Origin: a virus
Taxonomy: Duplodnaviria > Caudoviricetes
DNA: 64,000 nt
IMG/VR virus record: IMGVR_UViG_3300029288_000120
Span: 29,209 to 93,208 of that record
Direction: 5' to 3' (one strand)
Part shown: positions 28,215 through 37,618 of the stretch, piece after piece
How positions within the stretch are numbered: position 1 is the stretch's first letter
Layout of the letters: each line of letters opens with the position of its first letter
Made by a program: the position numbers and the translations under genes
Notes under the pieces: model-generated
Database searches by the model: none
Seen by the model: only the letters and a program-made list of their open reading frames with translations
What the model was told of the DNA's origin: nothing

Positions 28215-28919
28215 GTGATGAAAGTTGTGCGAAAAGATCTTGTGTCGTTGTGTGTGGCCCTGGGATACAAGGCTGCTGCAAAATGGAACAAAGCCAGGAT
28301 GGAGCGTAAATTGCAGGAGATCGCTGAGTTGGGAAAGGATGCAGATCTCAAGGTGGAGGAAGGAACCGAAGATGAGGAGAAGCTAAACAAGTTGTTGGAA
28401 TCTCTCATCAAGGCCAAGGGGGCGGTGGACATCATTGTGGAAGATGATGATGAGGAAGAAGCTGAAGAAGAGGATAAGGCTCCTGTAAAGGAAGCTGAAG
28501 AAGAAGAAGAAGAAGAAGAGGAAGCTGAAGAAGCTGAGGATGAAGCCCCTGCAAAGGAAAAGAAGGCCAAGAAGGGGAAGAAGGCAAAGAAAGAAGCTGA
28601 GGAGGAAGCTGAGGATGAAGCTGAGGAGGAAGCTGGGGAAGAAGAGGATAAGGTTCCTGTAAAGGCCAAGAAAGAAAAGAAGGTCAAGAAGGAGAAGAAA
28701 GCAAAGAGGGAGGGGCCTTCCAACAAGGAGCAGGTGTACAAGATGTACTTAAAAATCGAGGATCGAAAAGAGCAGTCCCCCAAGAAGTTGGCCGTTGAGT
28801 TCAACAAAGTGGTAACAGGTGTGCAGTTGAATACAATTGCCATTTGGGTGTCGATGTGGAATAAGGGAAAAGGACTCCCTGCTTGTGCTAAGAACAAGGC
28901 CAAGAAGGAAGAAGACTGA
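28215..28919 (+). CDS. highly charged (Glu/Lys-rich) hypothetical protein
   Basis: AGGAG RBS; alternating acidic and basic tracts. Confidence 0.7.
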   Translation: MMKVVRKDLVSLCVALGYKAAAKWNKARMERKLQEIAELGKDADLKVEEGTEDEEKLNKLLESLIKAKGAVDIIVEDDDEEEAEEEDKAPVKEAEEEEEEEEEAEEAEDEAPAKEKKAKKGKKAKKEAEEEAEDEAEEEAGEEEDKVPVKAKKEKKVKKEKKAKREGPSNKEQVYKMYLKIEDRKEQSPKKLAVEFNKVVTGVQLNTIAIWVSMWNKGKGLPACAKNKAKKEED

Positions 28920-28962
28920 CAGACACGTTCATAAGTAAGAACCCAACGGAAGGAATTTAGTT

Positions 28963-29358
28963 ATGAGAGTCACAAAACGGGTTGAGTTTGATTCTGCACA
29001 CAGACTTTATGGATACTCTGGTCCTTGTGCAAGACTTCATGGGCATAGGTATGTTCTTGAAGTCACTCTAACAGGACAAGATTTGGATGACCTGGGAATG
29101 CTAGTGGATTTCAAGGAAGTATCACAGCAAGCCAATGGATGGGTGCAAGAAAAGTGGGATCACAGAACAATCCTTGCTTATAAGGATCCTCTGCGTGAAG
29201 TTGTAGAGGATTGTTACGTGATGCACCTGGGAAGAAATCCAACAGCAGAAAATATGTTGCTGGAGTTTAGTGATGCTTGGAAACCCATAAAGGGAACCAA
29301 GCTTCACAGTCTTAGGCTCTATGAAACCCCTGACTGTTGGGCAGATTTGATCCTGTGA
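28963..29358 (+). CDS. queD: 6-carboxy-5,6,7,8-tetrahydropterin synthase
   Basis: FDSAHRL, CARLHGHRY, GMLVDF, NPTAEN and LYETP motifs. Confidence 0.95.
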   Translation: MRVTKRVEFDSAHRLYGYSGPCARLHGHRYVLEVTLTGQDLDDLGMLVDFKEVSQQANGWVQEKWDHRTILAYKDPLREVVEDCYVMHLGRNPTAENMLLEFSDAWKPIKGTKLHSLRLYETPDCWADLIL

Positions 29359-30002
29359 ACACACAAATACCTGAAAAAATCGACTACGATCCAGAAGGAA
29401 GTTTGGACGTAGTCGATATCTTTTATTCCATTCAAGGAGAAGGCCCCCTTGTAGGAACACCAGCAGTATTTATTAGGCTTGCTGGTTGCAATTTTTGGTG
29501 TAGATTCTGTGATACTGACTACACCACTGGTAGACATAGAATGTCTGTAGAAGATATAGTTGGGGTGGTGAAGAATTTCCCAACTTGTTCTCTAGTAGTA
29601 TTAACTGGAGGGGAGCCTTTTAGGCAAAACGTAGCCCCATTGATTTCCAAGTTAGGATGTATGGTCCAAGTGGAAACCAATGGTACCCTAGATCCACAGG
29701 GAATAGATAAAGACCAGTTTTCTTGGCTAAATATAATTTGCAGTCCCAAAACAGGCAATGAATCCATTTCCGATGTCATAAGAAAAAATGCTTCTGCTAT
29801 CAAGTATGTAATAGATGTGATGAGGATAGATGGGCAAGATGGATTGCCAAGGGGATTGGCAAGGTTTACGGGTATTCCTGTGTTTGTACAACCTATGGAT
29901 AATGAAGACTATAATAGGAATGTACAGGCAGCAGTTGATAGCTGTTTGAAGTTTGGGTACCGTTTATCACTTCAAATGCACAAGATAGTAGGAATAAAAT
30001 GA
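29355..30002 (+). CDS. queE: 7-carboxy-7-deazaguanine synthase (radical SAM)
   Basis: FYSIQGEG, CNFWCRFCDT, LTGGEP, ETNG and LSLQMHK motifs; GTGA overlap with queD. Confidence 0.95.
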   Translation: MNTQIPEKIDYDPEGSLDVVDIFYSIQGEGPLVGTPAVFIRLAGCNFWCRFCDTDYTTGRHRMSVEDIVGVVKNFPTCSLVVLTGGEPFRQNVAPLISKLGCMVQVETNGTLDPQGIDKDQFSWLNIICSPKTGNESISDVIRKNASAIKYVIDVMRIDGQDGLPRGLARFTGIPVFVQPMDNEDYNRNVQAAVDSCLKFGYRLSLQMHKIVGIK

Positions 30003-30904
30003 AAACAGTTGATTTAACATGGTGTGCGTTAAGATCACGTGCAGAAGCTGTAGTAAAGGACATCTTACTCCGTCCCTTCCATGACCATGATAGACTATAT
30101 GCCTACCCGGTTCCTCGGGGGGGTGTTTATGCTGGTCTAATCTTGCAGGAGGTTGGAAAAGTTGTTGGGTTGGATATTGAGTTGGTAGACGATCCAGCAG
30201 TAGCTCATATTTACATAGATGATATCATTGACTCAGGCGAAACTAGAGAAAGATACCAGAAAAAATCATGCAAACGATTTTATGCTTTAATAGATAAGAC
30301 AGCAGATCTTGAAAGTATTTGGTATACATTTCCTTGGGAGAGACTAAGTGGGGAGAATGGTCCACAGGAGAACGTCAGACGGTTGCTGGAGTATATAGGG
30401 GATGATCCCAATAGGGAAGGTCTGAAAGATACTCCAGATAGAGTGATAAGATCTTTTGAAGAACTTTACTCAGGGTACAAGACACAGCCAAGTAACATTT
30501 TGACTGTATTCAAAGATGGCACTTGTAATGAGATGGTTGTTCTGAAAGATATAGAGTTTTACAGTACTTGCGAGCACCACATGCTTCCATTTTTTGGTAA
30601 AGCTCACATTGCCTATATTCCCAACGGTAAGGTTGTTGGCATATCGAAGTTGGCAAGATTGTTAGAAGTATTCAGTAGGAGATTGCAAATACAAGAGAGA
30701 ATCTGTCAGCAAGTAACAGCTTCTCTTGATAAGAATTTGCAACCTATGGGATCTGCTTGTATTCTACAAGCACAACATTTCTGCATGACTAGTCGGGGAG
30801 TGCAGAAGCAGAACTCTATTATGGTGACAAGTTCACTGACTGGGGCATTTCTGGAATCTGATAGGGTTAGGCAGGAATTACTTAGTTTGGTTGGAAAAGG
30901 ATAG
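29999..30904 (+). CDS. folE: GTP cyclohydrolase I with N-terminal type I phosphoribosyltransferase domain
   Basis: REGLKDTPDRV, CEHHMLPF, GISKLAR, LQIQER and HFCMTSRG; N-terminal VPRGG, IDDIIDSGET and FPWE. Confidence 0.92.
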   Translation: MKTVDLTWCALRSRAEAVVKDILLRPFHDHDRLYAYPVPRGGVYAGLILQEVGKVVGLDIELVDDPAVAHIYIDDIIDSGETRERYQKKSCKRFYALIDKTADLESIWYTFPWERLSGENGPQENVRRLLEYIGDDPNREGLKDTPDRVIRSFEELYSGYKTQPSNILTVFKDGTCNEMVVLKDIEFYSTCEHHMLPFFGKAHIAYIPNGKVVGISKLARLLEVFSRRLQIQERICQQVTASLDKNLQPMGSACILQAQHFCMTSRGVQKQNSIMVTSSLTGAFLESDRVRQELLSLVGKG

Positions 30905-30913
30905 GAAGCTTGT

Positions 30914-31879
30914 ATGGATGTAGATCTTTCCCCTTTTAGTGATATCCTGGAAGAAAAAAAGCTGTACAGTCCCGGACCAGTTCCACAAAGAATGGTCATA
31001 GATGTAAGTTATAGTCATAGAAGTATAGAGTTTAAGAATCTCTACAGGGAGATTTTGCGACTTTTACGAGAGAAGTATCAAGTACCATCAGAGTATGGTG
31101 TAGTTCTCATACAAGGTAGTGCTACCAGTGCTATTGAGTCTGTTCTGTACAGTCTTTCACATATCAAGTTTAGATTTCTCTGTACGGGGGTATTTGGGCA
31201 GAGAGCCGAGAAAATCTATACTAGGATAAGTGAGAGACAGAATACCAAGAAAGTGGGAAATGGACTCTACTATGTACAGTTTGAGACCAGTAAAAGTAAA
31301 TACTCTTCTTTAGCATACAATCTGGATGATTATGATTTGGTTGTTGCCGATTGTGTTAGTGGATTTGGTTACTACCCTCTTCCTAAGGTTAATGTAGCTA
31401 TCACATCTTCTGCAAAGATATTGGGTGGCTTGCCAGCCTTGGGAATAGTTATATATGATGAGAAAGCACTTAGTTACTTTAAGGGTGGTATTGACTACTT
31501 GGACATTTTGAAGTATATAGAATTGGGTGTAGATTTTCAGACCCCACATACCCCCATGCTTCCACAGATGATGAGTCTGCAGAAACAACTGGAAGATCCC
31601 ATAAGCAGAAAGCAAATTGAGACAAACAGCAACAGTTTAGTATCAAGTAAGATAGTATTTTGTGGGGAAACCAAATCTCCAGTTTTAACAGTATGTAGTC
31701 CTGGATATTCCAGTGTAAAAGATACTTTTCGGGAACATAATATAGAGGTGTATCATAATTCTGCTTATATGGAAGATCAGTTTCAGGTAAGTATGTACAA
31801 CTACAGGGATGAGAGATACTACTCTCTTCTTCGAATTCTCTTGGAAGGGATTATTGATGAAAATCGTCTGTCAGCTTAG
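30914..31879 (+). CDS. class V PLP-dependent aminotransferase-like protein
   Basis: YSPGPVP, GSATSAIES, VQFETS, VVADCVSGFG, TSSAKILGG (PLP lysine) and QTPHTP motifs. Confidence 0.8.
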   Translation: MDVDLSPFSDILEEKKLYSPGPVPQRMVIDVSYSHRSIEFKNLYREILRLLREKYQVPSEYGVVLIQGSATSAIESVLYSLSHIKFRFLCTGVFGQRAEKIYTRISERQNTKKVGNGLYYVQFETSKSKYSSLAYNLDDYDLVVADCVSGFGYYPLPKVNVAITSSAKILGGLPALGIVIYDEKALSYFKGGIDYLDILKYIELGVDFQTPHTPMLPQMMSLQKQLEDPISRKQIETNSNSLVSSKIVFCGETKSPVLTVCSPGYSSVKDTFREHNIEVYHNSAYMEDQFQVSMYNYRDERYYSLLRILLEGIIDENRLSA

Positions 31880-32507
31880 TGGTGGAGCAGATAGTGCTTT
31901 GGCTCTGATAAAGACCAGAGAGAGATGGCCCGATGCTGAAGTACACACTTTATTTATAGACTACAATCAGGTTTGTAGGGAACAAGAATATAGAGCAGCT
32001 CTTTCTATCTCTAAGAAGTTGGGGATAGAGGAATTGCATTGTTTACGTCTACCCAATCTCTGGAAATCTGGGGGAATGATAGAGGGGGAGTACGCTTCAG
32101 AAGCTAATGTTTATACTCCGTTGCGGAACTTGGTGTTATTGGGGATGTCCCTTGCGTATGCTGAGAGCATTGGAGCGGATACTGTGGTTACTGGAAGCAA
32201 GGGTCACAGTAAGGTAGAGGCAGATCCACATAGTTACTACGACAGTACATTAGCATTCCATACCCTTATGGAAATGGTTTGGTTTTACACCACGGAAAAG
32301 AAAAGAAATGTGCAGATTGTGCCCATTCTATCACAAGGACATAAAAACACCTTATTGAAGGAGGAAGTGTACTCGCAGTTGATACAAAACGGCATAAAAT
32401 ATGAGGACACTTGGAGTTGCTTTAGAGGGGGTGAGTATGAGTGTGGGGAATGTACAAACTGTATAGTGAAAAGAAGATGCTATGAAACAAAAAACAATGC
32501 TGGATAG
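31857..32507 (+). CDS. queC: 7-cyano-7-deazaguanine synthase
   Basis: LSGGADS, DYNQ, PLRN and TWSC...CGECTNC motifs; start revised from 31809. Confidence 0.9.
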   Translation: MKIVCQLSGGADSALALIKTRERWPDAEVHTLFIDYNQVCREQEYRAALSISKKLGIEELHCLRLPNLWKSGGMIEGEYASEANVYTPLRNLVLLGMSLAYAESIGADTVVTGSKGHSKVEADPHSYYDSTLAFHTLMEMVWFYTTEKKRNVQIVPILSQGHKNTLLKEEVYSQLIQNGIKYEDTWSCFRGGEYECGECTNCIVKRRCYETKNNAG

Positions 32508-33495
32508 TGGGGCGTACTCTGTTTACAGATTGGGAATAGAAATTGATCTGGATGAGTATATAGAGTACTGTGCAACCTGTCCACAAGTATCCTATTTTGT
32601 TAATCTAGATGTGATTCCAGGGGTATATGGGAATCCAGCTAGCATAAACGGCACAGAAATAGAAAGATGTAGTCAGGCTTCTTGGAACAACTATAGGAAG
32701 ATGATAAAAACACTACCTATAGAAAAAGTCATACCAGTTTTTCACCAAGGGGATGAAGTAGAATGGTTGAAAAGGTATATCAAGTTTGGAACCCCTTATA
32801 TTGGTCTATCCCCAGATAAGAATCTCTCAATAGCGAAGAGAATGAAGTGGATGAGGGGTTTGCAAGGCATCATCTCAGACAATGGAAAGCCCATAGTAAA
32901 GACCCACATATTTGGAACAACATTTCCATCCTTCTTGTTTGCGTTTGAGTGTTACTCAGTAGATTCAACACTCTGGTTGAGACATGCTGCTTATGGAAAG
33001 CTTCTGGTTCCTAGATCGAAGGGAGGAAAGTATGATTACTCCTTATCCCCTTTTAGCTTGGCTGTATCAAAGCAGTCCCCTGATATAAAGAGGAAAGGGG
33101 CTAGTATAGATAATGTGAGGGGAAAAGAAAGAAAGTACTTCTTGGATTATATAGAATCGTTGGGAGTACCGCTGGGGGAGAGTGATATAGTCAAGGTGAA
33201 AAGCCTTGACTATGAGTTAAAAGACAATGAAGAGTGGCTAAATAAGAAGAAATTGCAGATTCTTCGCAAAAAGGTTTTGGGGCTAACAAACTACTACGTC
33301 AGCAGACACTTGGCAAATGTGCGTTATACCAATGCACTACAGAAAAATAGTTGGGTTCGTCGTATTTATTTTGCAGGAGCTAGTTCTACCAAAGAAGAAG
33401 TGTTAAGAGAGATAAAAAGCTACTTTTACGCTTTTTCAGAGTACAAACAAAAAGGAAATGGTAATGGAAGTAGGAAGAAAAGATCTTCTGGATAA
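32482..33495 (+). CDS. DpdA-like DNA transglycosylase (TGT fold)
   Basis: MLDSGAYS, NLDVIPG, IPVFHQGD, HIFG and YSVDSTLW motifs; ends the preQ0 operon. Confidence 0.75.
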   Translation: MKQKTMLDSGAYSVYRLGIEIDLDEYIEYCATCPQVSYFVNLDVIPGVYGNPASINGTEIERCSQASWNNYRKMIKTLPIEKVIPVFHQGDEVEWLKRYIKFGTPYIGLSPDKNLSIAKRMKWMRGLQGIISDNGKPIVKTHIFGTTFPSFLFAFECYSVDSTLWLRHAAYGKLLVPRSKGGKYDYSLSPFSLAVSKQSPDIKRKGASIDNVRGKERKYFLDYIESLGVPLGESDIVKVKSLDYELKDNEEWLNKKKLQILRKKVLGLTNYYVSRHLANVRYTNALQKNSWVRRIYFAGASSTKEEVLREIKSYFYAFSEYKQKGNGNGSRKKRSSG

Positions 33496-34462
33496 GTTAA
33501 AGAAGTTGTCCTTGGGGTTATCACAGCGAGAAATCATTGAGCAAGCTTCATGTTTCGTTATTAAGGATGGTATGATCCATTCGTTTAATGACGAAATCTC
33601 TTGTCGGTGTCCATGCGAGTTGAAAATGGATGGGGCTTTCAATGCCAATACTCTTTTAGCAATTCTTGGAAGAATGGATGAGAAGAAGATTGATATAGAG
33701 TGCGTGGATGAGAACATTGTGATACAAGGCAAGAAAAAGAAGGTTAGGATTGTTCTTAATAAGGAAGTTTTGCTAGCCATTGACAGTGTAGAAATGCCTA
33801 AGAAGTGGAGGAAACTTCCTGAAGAGTTTGTGAAGGCAATTTCTTTGGCAAGGCAATGTGTTTCTAGGGATGAATCCCAGTTCATAGTAACCTGTGTGCA
33901 TATCCATAAGGATTGGATAGAAGCATGTGATGATTTTCAAGCTATCAGGTATACCATGAGCACTGGATTTGATAGTTCCATTCTAGTTAGAGGTGATTCT
34001 ATCAAGGGAATATTGGATTTGGACATTAAGGAGTTTGGGGAGACAGAACACTGGGTACACTTTAGGGATGGTTCTGGGTTCATTATGAGTTGTAAGAGAT
34101 ACATGGAGAAATACCCAGATACGTCAAAGATATTTGAGATTGAAGGTGTTCCTATGAAGCTTCCGGAGGGTTTAAGCGAGGCGGCCAAAAGGGCACAAGT
34201 TTTTTCTAATGATGGTTCTAATGAGAGTCTATTGACTCTATCATTGAAAGAGGGAAAACTAAAAATTACTGGAAAGGGTGTTACTGGTTGGTATGACGAA
34301 ATAAAGGAAGTAGAGTATGAAGGACAGCCGATTTCTCTTTTCATATCACCTAGCATTTTGATGGATATATTCTCATATGGAAGAAAATGTGAAGTTAGTA
34401 AGGATAGGCTGAAGATAAGAAGAAAAAACTACACCTATGTTGCTGTTGCAAGCAAGGAGTAG
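33458..34462 (+). CDS. DNA polymerase III beta-like sliding clamp
   Basis: 334 aa, threefold alpha/beta pattern, CVSRDESQFIVTCVHI...ACDDFQA and YPDTSKIF resemble DnaN. Confidence 0.7.
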   Translation: MVMEVGRKDLLDKLKKLSLGLSQREIIEQASCFVIKDGMIHSFNDEISCRCPCELKMDGAFNANTLLAILGRMDEKKIDIECVDENIVIQGKKKKVRIVLNKEVLLAIDSVEMPKKWRKLPEEFVKAISLARQCVSRDESQFIVTCVHIHKDWIEACDDFQAIRYTMSTGFDSSILVRGDSIKGILDLDIKEFGETEHWVHFRDGSGFIMSCKRYMEKYPDTSKIFEIEGVPMKLPEGLSEAAKRAQVFSNDGSNESLLTLSLKEGKLKITGKGVTGWYDEIKEVEYEGQPISLFISPSILMDIFSYGRKCEVSKDRLKIRRKNYTYVAVASKE

Positions 34463-34467
34463 GAGGA

Positions 34468-35655
34468 ATGGGTTTCTTTTCATCTGAGTTGCGTGATAGT
34501 TATTCCTTGTTAAGTACTCAGTGTGGTAAATGTAAATTGGATCGTGGCTGCATCACACCCAAAATGCAACCAACAGGAGCAGGTAGGAAGGGTATTCTGA
34601 TAGTTGCGGAAGCCCCTGGAGAAAAGGAGGATAGAGAAGGTATACAGTTAATAGGAAAAGCAGGGCAGTTGTTGAGAAAGTATCTTGGGGAACTCGATAT
34701 TAAACTGGATAGGGATTGTTGGAAAACCAATGCAGTAAACTGTAGACCAAAGGAAAACAGAACTCCAAAACCCAAGGAAATAGAAGCTTGTCGTCCCAGT
34801 TTGATTAAACTAATCAAGGAAAAGAAACCTAAAGTTGTTATTTTGCTGGGTGGTTCTGCTGTTGAATCTTTGATAGGATCGCTGTGGAAGAAGAAAATAG
34901 ATACTATTGGTAGATGGTTGGGATGGAGGATTCCTTGTAGAGAATATAATACTTGGATATGTCCAAACTGGCATCCTTCCTACCTTCTAAGACAAAATAG
35001 TCCTATTCTTAATCTATGGTTCAAAAAATACTTAGAACAGGCATTAGAGTTATCTGGTTATCCATATCCTGGGGAAATTTCAGATCTAACAAAAGATGTT
35101 ACTATAATAAGGGAACATGACAAGGCTGCGAAGTACATACGGAGATTTATCAGCAAAGAAGAACCTGTAGCTTTTGATTATGAAACGAACAGGTTAAAAC
35201 CCGATGATATCAACTCTGCTATTGTTAGCTGTGCCATTTCCGATGGTAAACATACAATTGCTTTTCCCTGGATGGGTGAGGCAATCGGAGCAACTAGCGA
35301 ATTGCTTCAAAGCAAAGTACCTAAGATTGGAGCAAATATCAAGTTTGAGGAAAGATGGACAAAAAGAATCCTCAAGCATGGTGTAAGGAATTGGTTGTGG
35401 GATTGCATGGTAGCTTCTCACACTCTAAATAATACCCCGGGTATAACCTCAGTGAAATTCCAATCGTTTGTTAGGTTTGGGATTAGTGATTATTCAAGCG
35501 ACATTAGTCCCTTCTTTGAAACCTCCAACGGTAATGCTGAGAACAAGATAAGGCAGATAGAACTCTCAAAACTGTTGTTATATAACGGTATGGATGCTCT
35601 CATGGAGTATAAGATAGCTCAAGAACAAATGAAGGAGATGAATTACTATGGGTAG
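34468..35655 (+). CDS. family 4 uracil-DNA glycosylase fused to a 3'-5' exonuclease (N-terminal half of a split PolA)
   Basis: CGKCKL, AEAPGEKED, TNAVNCRP and HPSYLLR; then AFDYET (ExoI), NIKFE (ExoII) and YNGMDA (ExoIII). Confidence 0.85.
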   Translation: MGFFSSELRDSYSLLSTQCGKCKLDRGCITPKMQPTGAGRKGILIVAEAPGEKEDREGIQLIGKAGQLLRKYLGELDIKLDRDCWKTNAVNCRPKENRTPKPKEIEACRPSLIKLIKEKKPKVVILLGGSAVESLIGSLWKKKIDTIGRWLGWRIPCREYNTWICPNWHPSYLLRQNSPILNLWFKKYLEQALELSGYPYPGEISDLTKDVTIIREHDKAAKYIRRFISKEEPVAFDYETNRLKPDDINSAIVSCAISDGKHTIAFPWMGEAIGATSELLQSKVPKIGANIKFEERWTKRILKHGVRNWLWDCMVASHTLNNTPGITSVKFQSFVRFGISDYSSDISPFFETSNGNAENKIRQIELSKLLLYNGMDALMEYKIAQEQMKEMNYYG

Positions 35656-36055
35656 CAAAAGAGAAAGACTTCCAGATACAAGAAACTCAGTAGTACATAA
35701 GTTCAACATCAATGGTCACAAAGGTTATATCATTGTTGGTTTGTATGAAGATGGTAGACCCGGGGAATTGTTTGTAGAGATAGCCAAGGAAGGGTCTACT
35801 GTTGGTGGTATGTGTGATACTATAGGCATCCTTACCAGTATGGCTTTACAACATGGGGTATCACTCGAAACCCTAGCTAGGAAATTTCGAGCAACTTCCT
35901 TTGAGCCTTGTGGGGGAACAACAAATAGTGAGATACCTATAACCAGTAGTTTGGCTGATTACATCTTTACATGGATGGGTTTGCGATTCAGTGAGTCGTT
36001 CAGGAAGGAATATGAAGAAGCAAGGAAGGTAATGGATAAATTACACCAGGAGTAG
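35648..36055 (+). CDS. stand-alone class II ribonucleotide reductase C-terminal (TSCPD-like) domain
   Basis: RERLP...GLYEDGRPGELF..IAKEGST...SMALQHGV...FEP.G...SSLADYIF. Confidence 0.8.
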   Translation: MGSKRERLPDTRNSVVHKFNINGHKGYIIVGLYEDGRPGELFVEIAKEGSTVGGMCDTIGILTSMALQHGVSLETLARKFRATSFEPCGGTTNSEIPITSSLADYIFTWMGLRFSESFRKEYEEARKVMDKLHQE

Positions 36056-36060
36056 CAACT

Positions 36061-36816
36061 ATGAATTTGTCAGTAGTATTGTCAGTGGTTCTTTTAACAC
36101 AAGTGGGTAGCAGGGGTCTTTCAGACAATGCTCTTTTGCAGTCTTTGATAACAAGCAGAAACCAAGAACTGGTGGTTATGCAAAACCACTTGAAAAACCA
36201 CAGTGGTAAAGCTGCTTCACTAAGAGCAAGGATAAAGAAGTTAGAAGATTGGGAGTGTGAAGAAATATGCAAGTCATTGCCATACCTTCATATATCTTCT
36301 ATGAAATGGGGTGATATGGGGTTTGTGGACCCGAGAAGTGAATTTGTAGTACAAGAAGTACTGGGGAGCAATAATTATTTGGTAGTTATCCAATATCAGG
36401 GAATATGCTCACCAGCAAGAACTCCTGCAATGGCACTGGCATTGTCAAGGCTAAAGACAGATTATGGTAACCCATTTCGCATAAAGATGATGGGTGGGTA
36501 TGCTGTAGGATCTAAAGTGAGTATCAGTGGATTGTACTTTGTGGATTGCAATGGTAGTACATTTTCCCTTAAAAGTATTGATCCATTGTATTTGGAATCT
36601 CTGCTAAAAAGGTATAAGAATAGCAATGAATTCAGGCAGAACCAGTATAAAATCTGGGCTGATTCCAAGGGAAGAGCTGTAGTTGCTAGGTTTCGGGGTG
36701 TTGTTGGAGATAAGGTGCAATTGGAAGATGAACAGGGAGTAGGGGTAGTTATACCGTTGAAGAGGTTAAGTAATGAAGATCAAAAAACAGCGAAGAAACT
36801 AAGTAGGGAAAAATGA
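36061..36816 (+). CDS. secreted protein with C-terminal SHD1-like domain
   Basis: N-terminal signal-like segment; WADSKGRAVVARF...VQLEDEQG..VVIPLKRLSNEDQ. Confidence 0.6.
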   Translation: MNLSVVLSVVLLTQVGSRGLSDNALLQSLITSRNQELVVMQNHLKNHSGKAASLRARIKKLEDWECEEICKSLPYLHISSMKWGDMGFVDPRSEFVVQEVLGSNNYLVVIQYQGICSPARTPAMALALSRLKTDYGNPFRIKMMGGYAVGSKVSISGLYFVDCNGSTFSLKSIDPLYLESLLKRYKNSNEFRQNQYKIWADSKGRAVVARFRGVVGDKVQLEDEQGVGVVIPLKRLSNEDQKTAKKLSREK

Positions 36817-37202
36817 TAGCTAAATGTCCCCTTTGCAGAGAGTACAGCGATCATCCTGAGGAGTATATAGATAGAATTGTGACTTGTCCTCGCTGCAAGC
36901 ATACTTTTTATCTAAGATCAGAGTGTAAAATAAACAACAAAGAACAAATGGTAAAGCCCCAGATCAAAGAGTATTCCCAGTTCATTCCTTTTGGTGGAAT
37001 ACTAATGGTTATTGGTATTTGTGTTGTGTCTATTGCTAGTTTCCTGCCAATTACCAGAGTGTTTGAGGGGGAAACTATATACAACATAGGTTTGATACAC
37101 CAGCGTCAGTTTACTCTTGTAGTTGGTAGTTTAATCGTGTTAGTTGGTAGTTTGTTTCTCGGGTTTGGTCATATCTGTGATGCCATTACTAATAGGAAGT
37201 GA
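36813..37202 (+). CDS. Zn-ribbon membrane protein
   Basis: CPLC...CPRCKHTF, then two TM helices. Confidence 0.65.
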   Translation: MIAKCPLCREYSDHPEEYIDRIVTCPRCKHTFYLRSECKINNKEQMVKPQIKEYSQFIPFGGILMVIGICVVSIASFLPITRVFEGETIYNIGLIHQRQFTLVVGSLIVLVGSLFLGFGHICDAITNRK

Positions 37203-37223
37203 GAAATTTACTTTCTGACTGTA

Positions 37224-37229
37224 TATAAT
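37224..37229 (+). promoter_or_regulatory. putative -10 element for the TIGR locus
   Basis: TATAAT about 45 nt before the first unit; the TATAATA(G/A)G context recurs at other intergenic sites (3515, 21543, 24511, 28149). Confidence 0.45.
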
Positions 37230-37274
37230 AGGGATAGAAGGAAAGAGCAAGGTGTACAGAAGTTTGATATTGAA

Positions 37275-37572
37275 AGTTAAGCGAAACAGTATATGAAACC
37301 GAACGCCGTCGTGCTTAACTAAGATAATATGGGTGATGAAAAAAGTGAAATCGATACATAACTTGCCCATAAAAATACAAAGACGATGTACGTAATGAAA
37401 CCGATAAAACCATTATCTTACTAAAACAGAAAAGGCGCTACTACCAATGAACTCGAATTGGCTTTTGCTTAATTGAAACATATGGGCGACCCTCCTTTTG
37501 AAACCGACTGTGGAAGTGCCCATAAAAATACAGGCGAAAATAAAGATGAAACCGAGGTTATTTTTGCTTTGT
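37275..37572 (+). ncRNA. TIGR-like guide RNA array 1 (6 stem-loop units)
   Basis: Units of stem-CGA-N9-TGAAACCGA-N9-TG-stem with covarying stems AGTTAAGC/GCTTAACT and ATGGGC/GCCCAT. Confidence 0.88.
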
Positions 37573-37618
37573 CTATGTAAACTGTTTTTAACAAACCCAA
37601 AAAGAAGGAGATCGTGAA

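Noticed and set aside
28103-28903. 266-aa minus-strand ORF (and similar ones at 14770-15657 and 43799-44113)
   Set aside because: Antisense shadows of well-supported + strand genes; the whole window is co-oriented on +.
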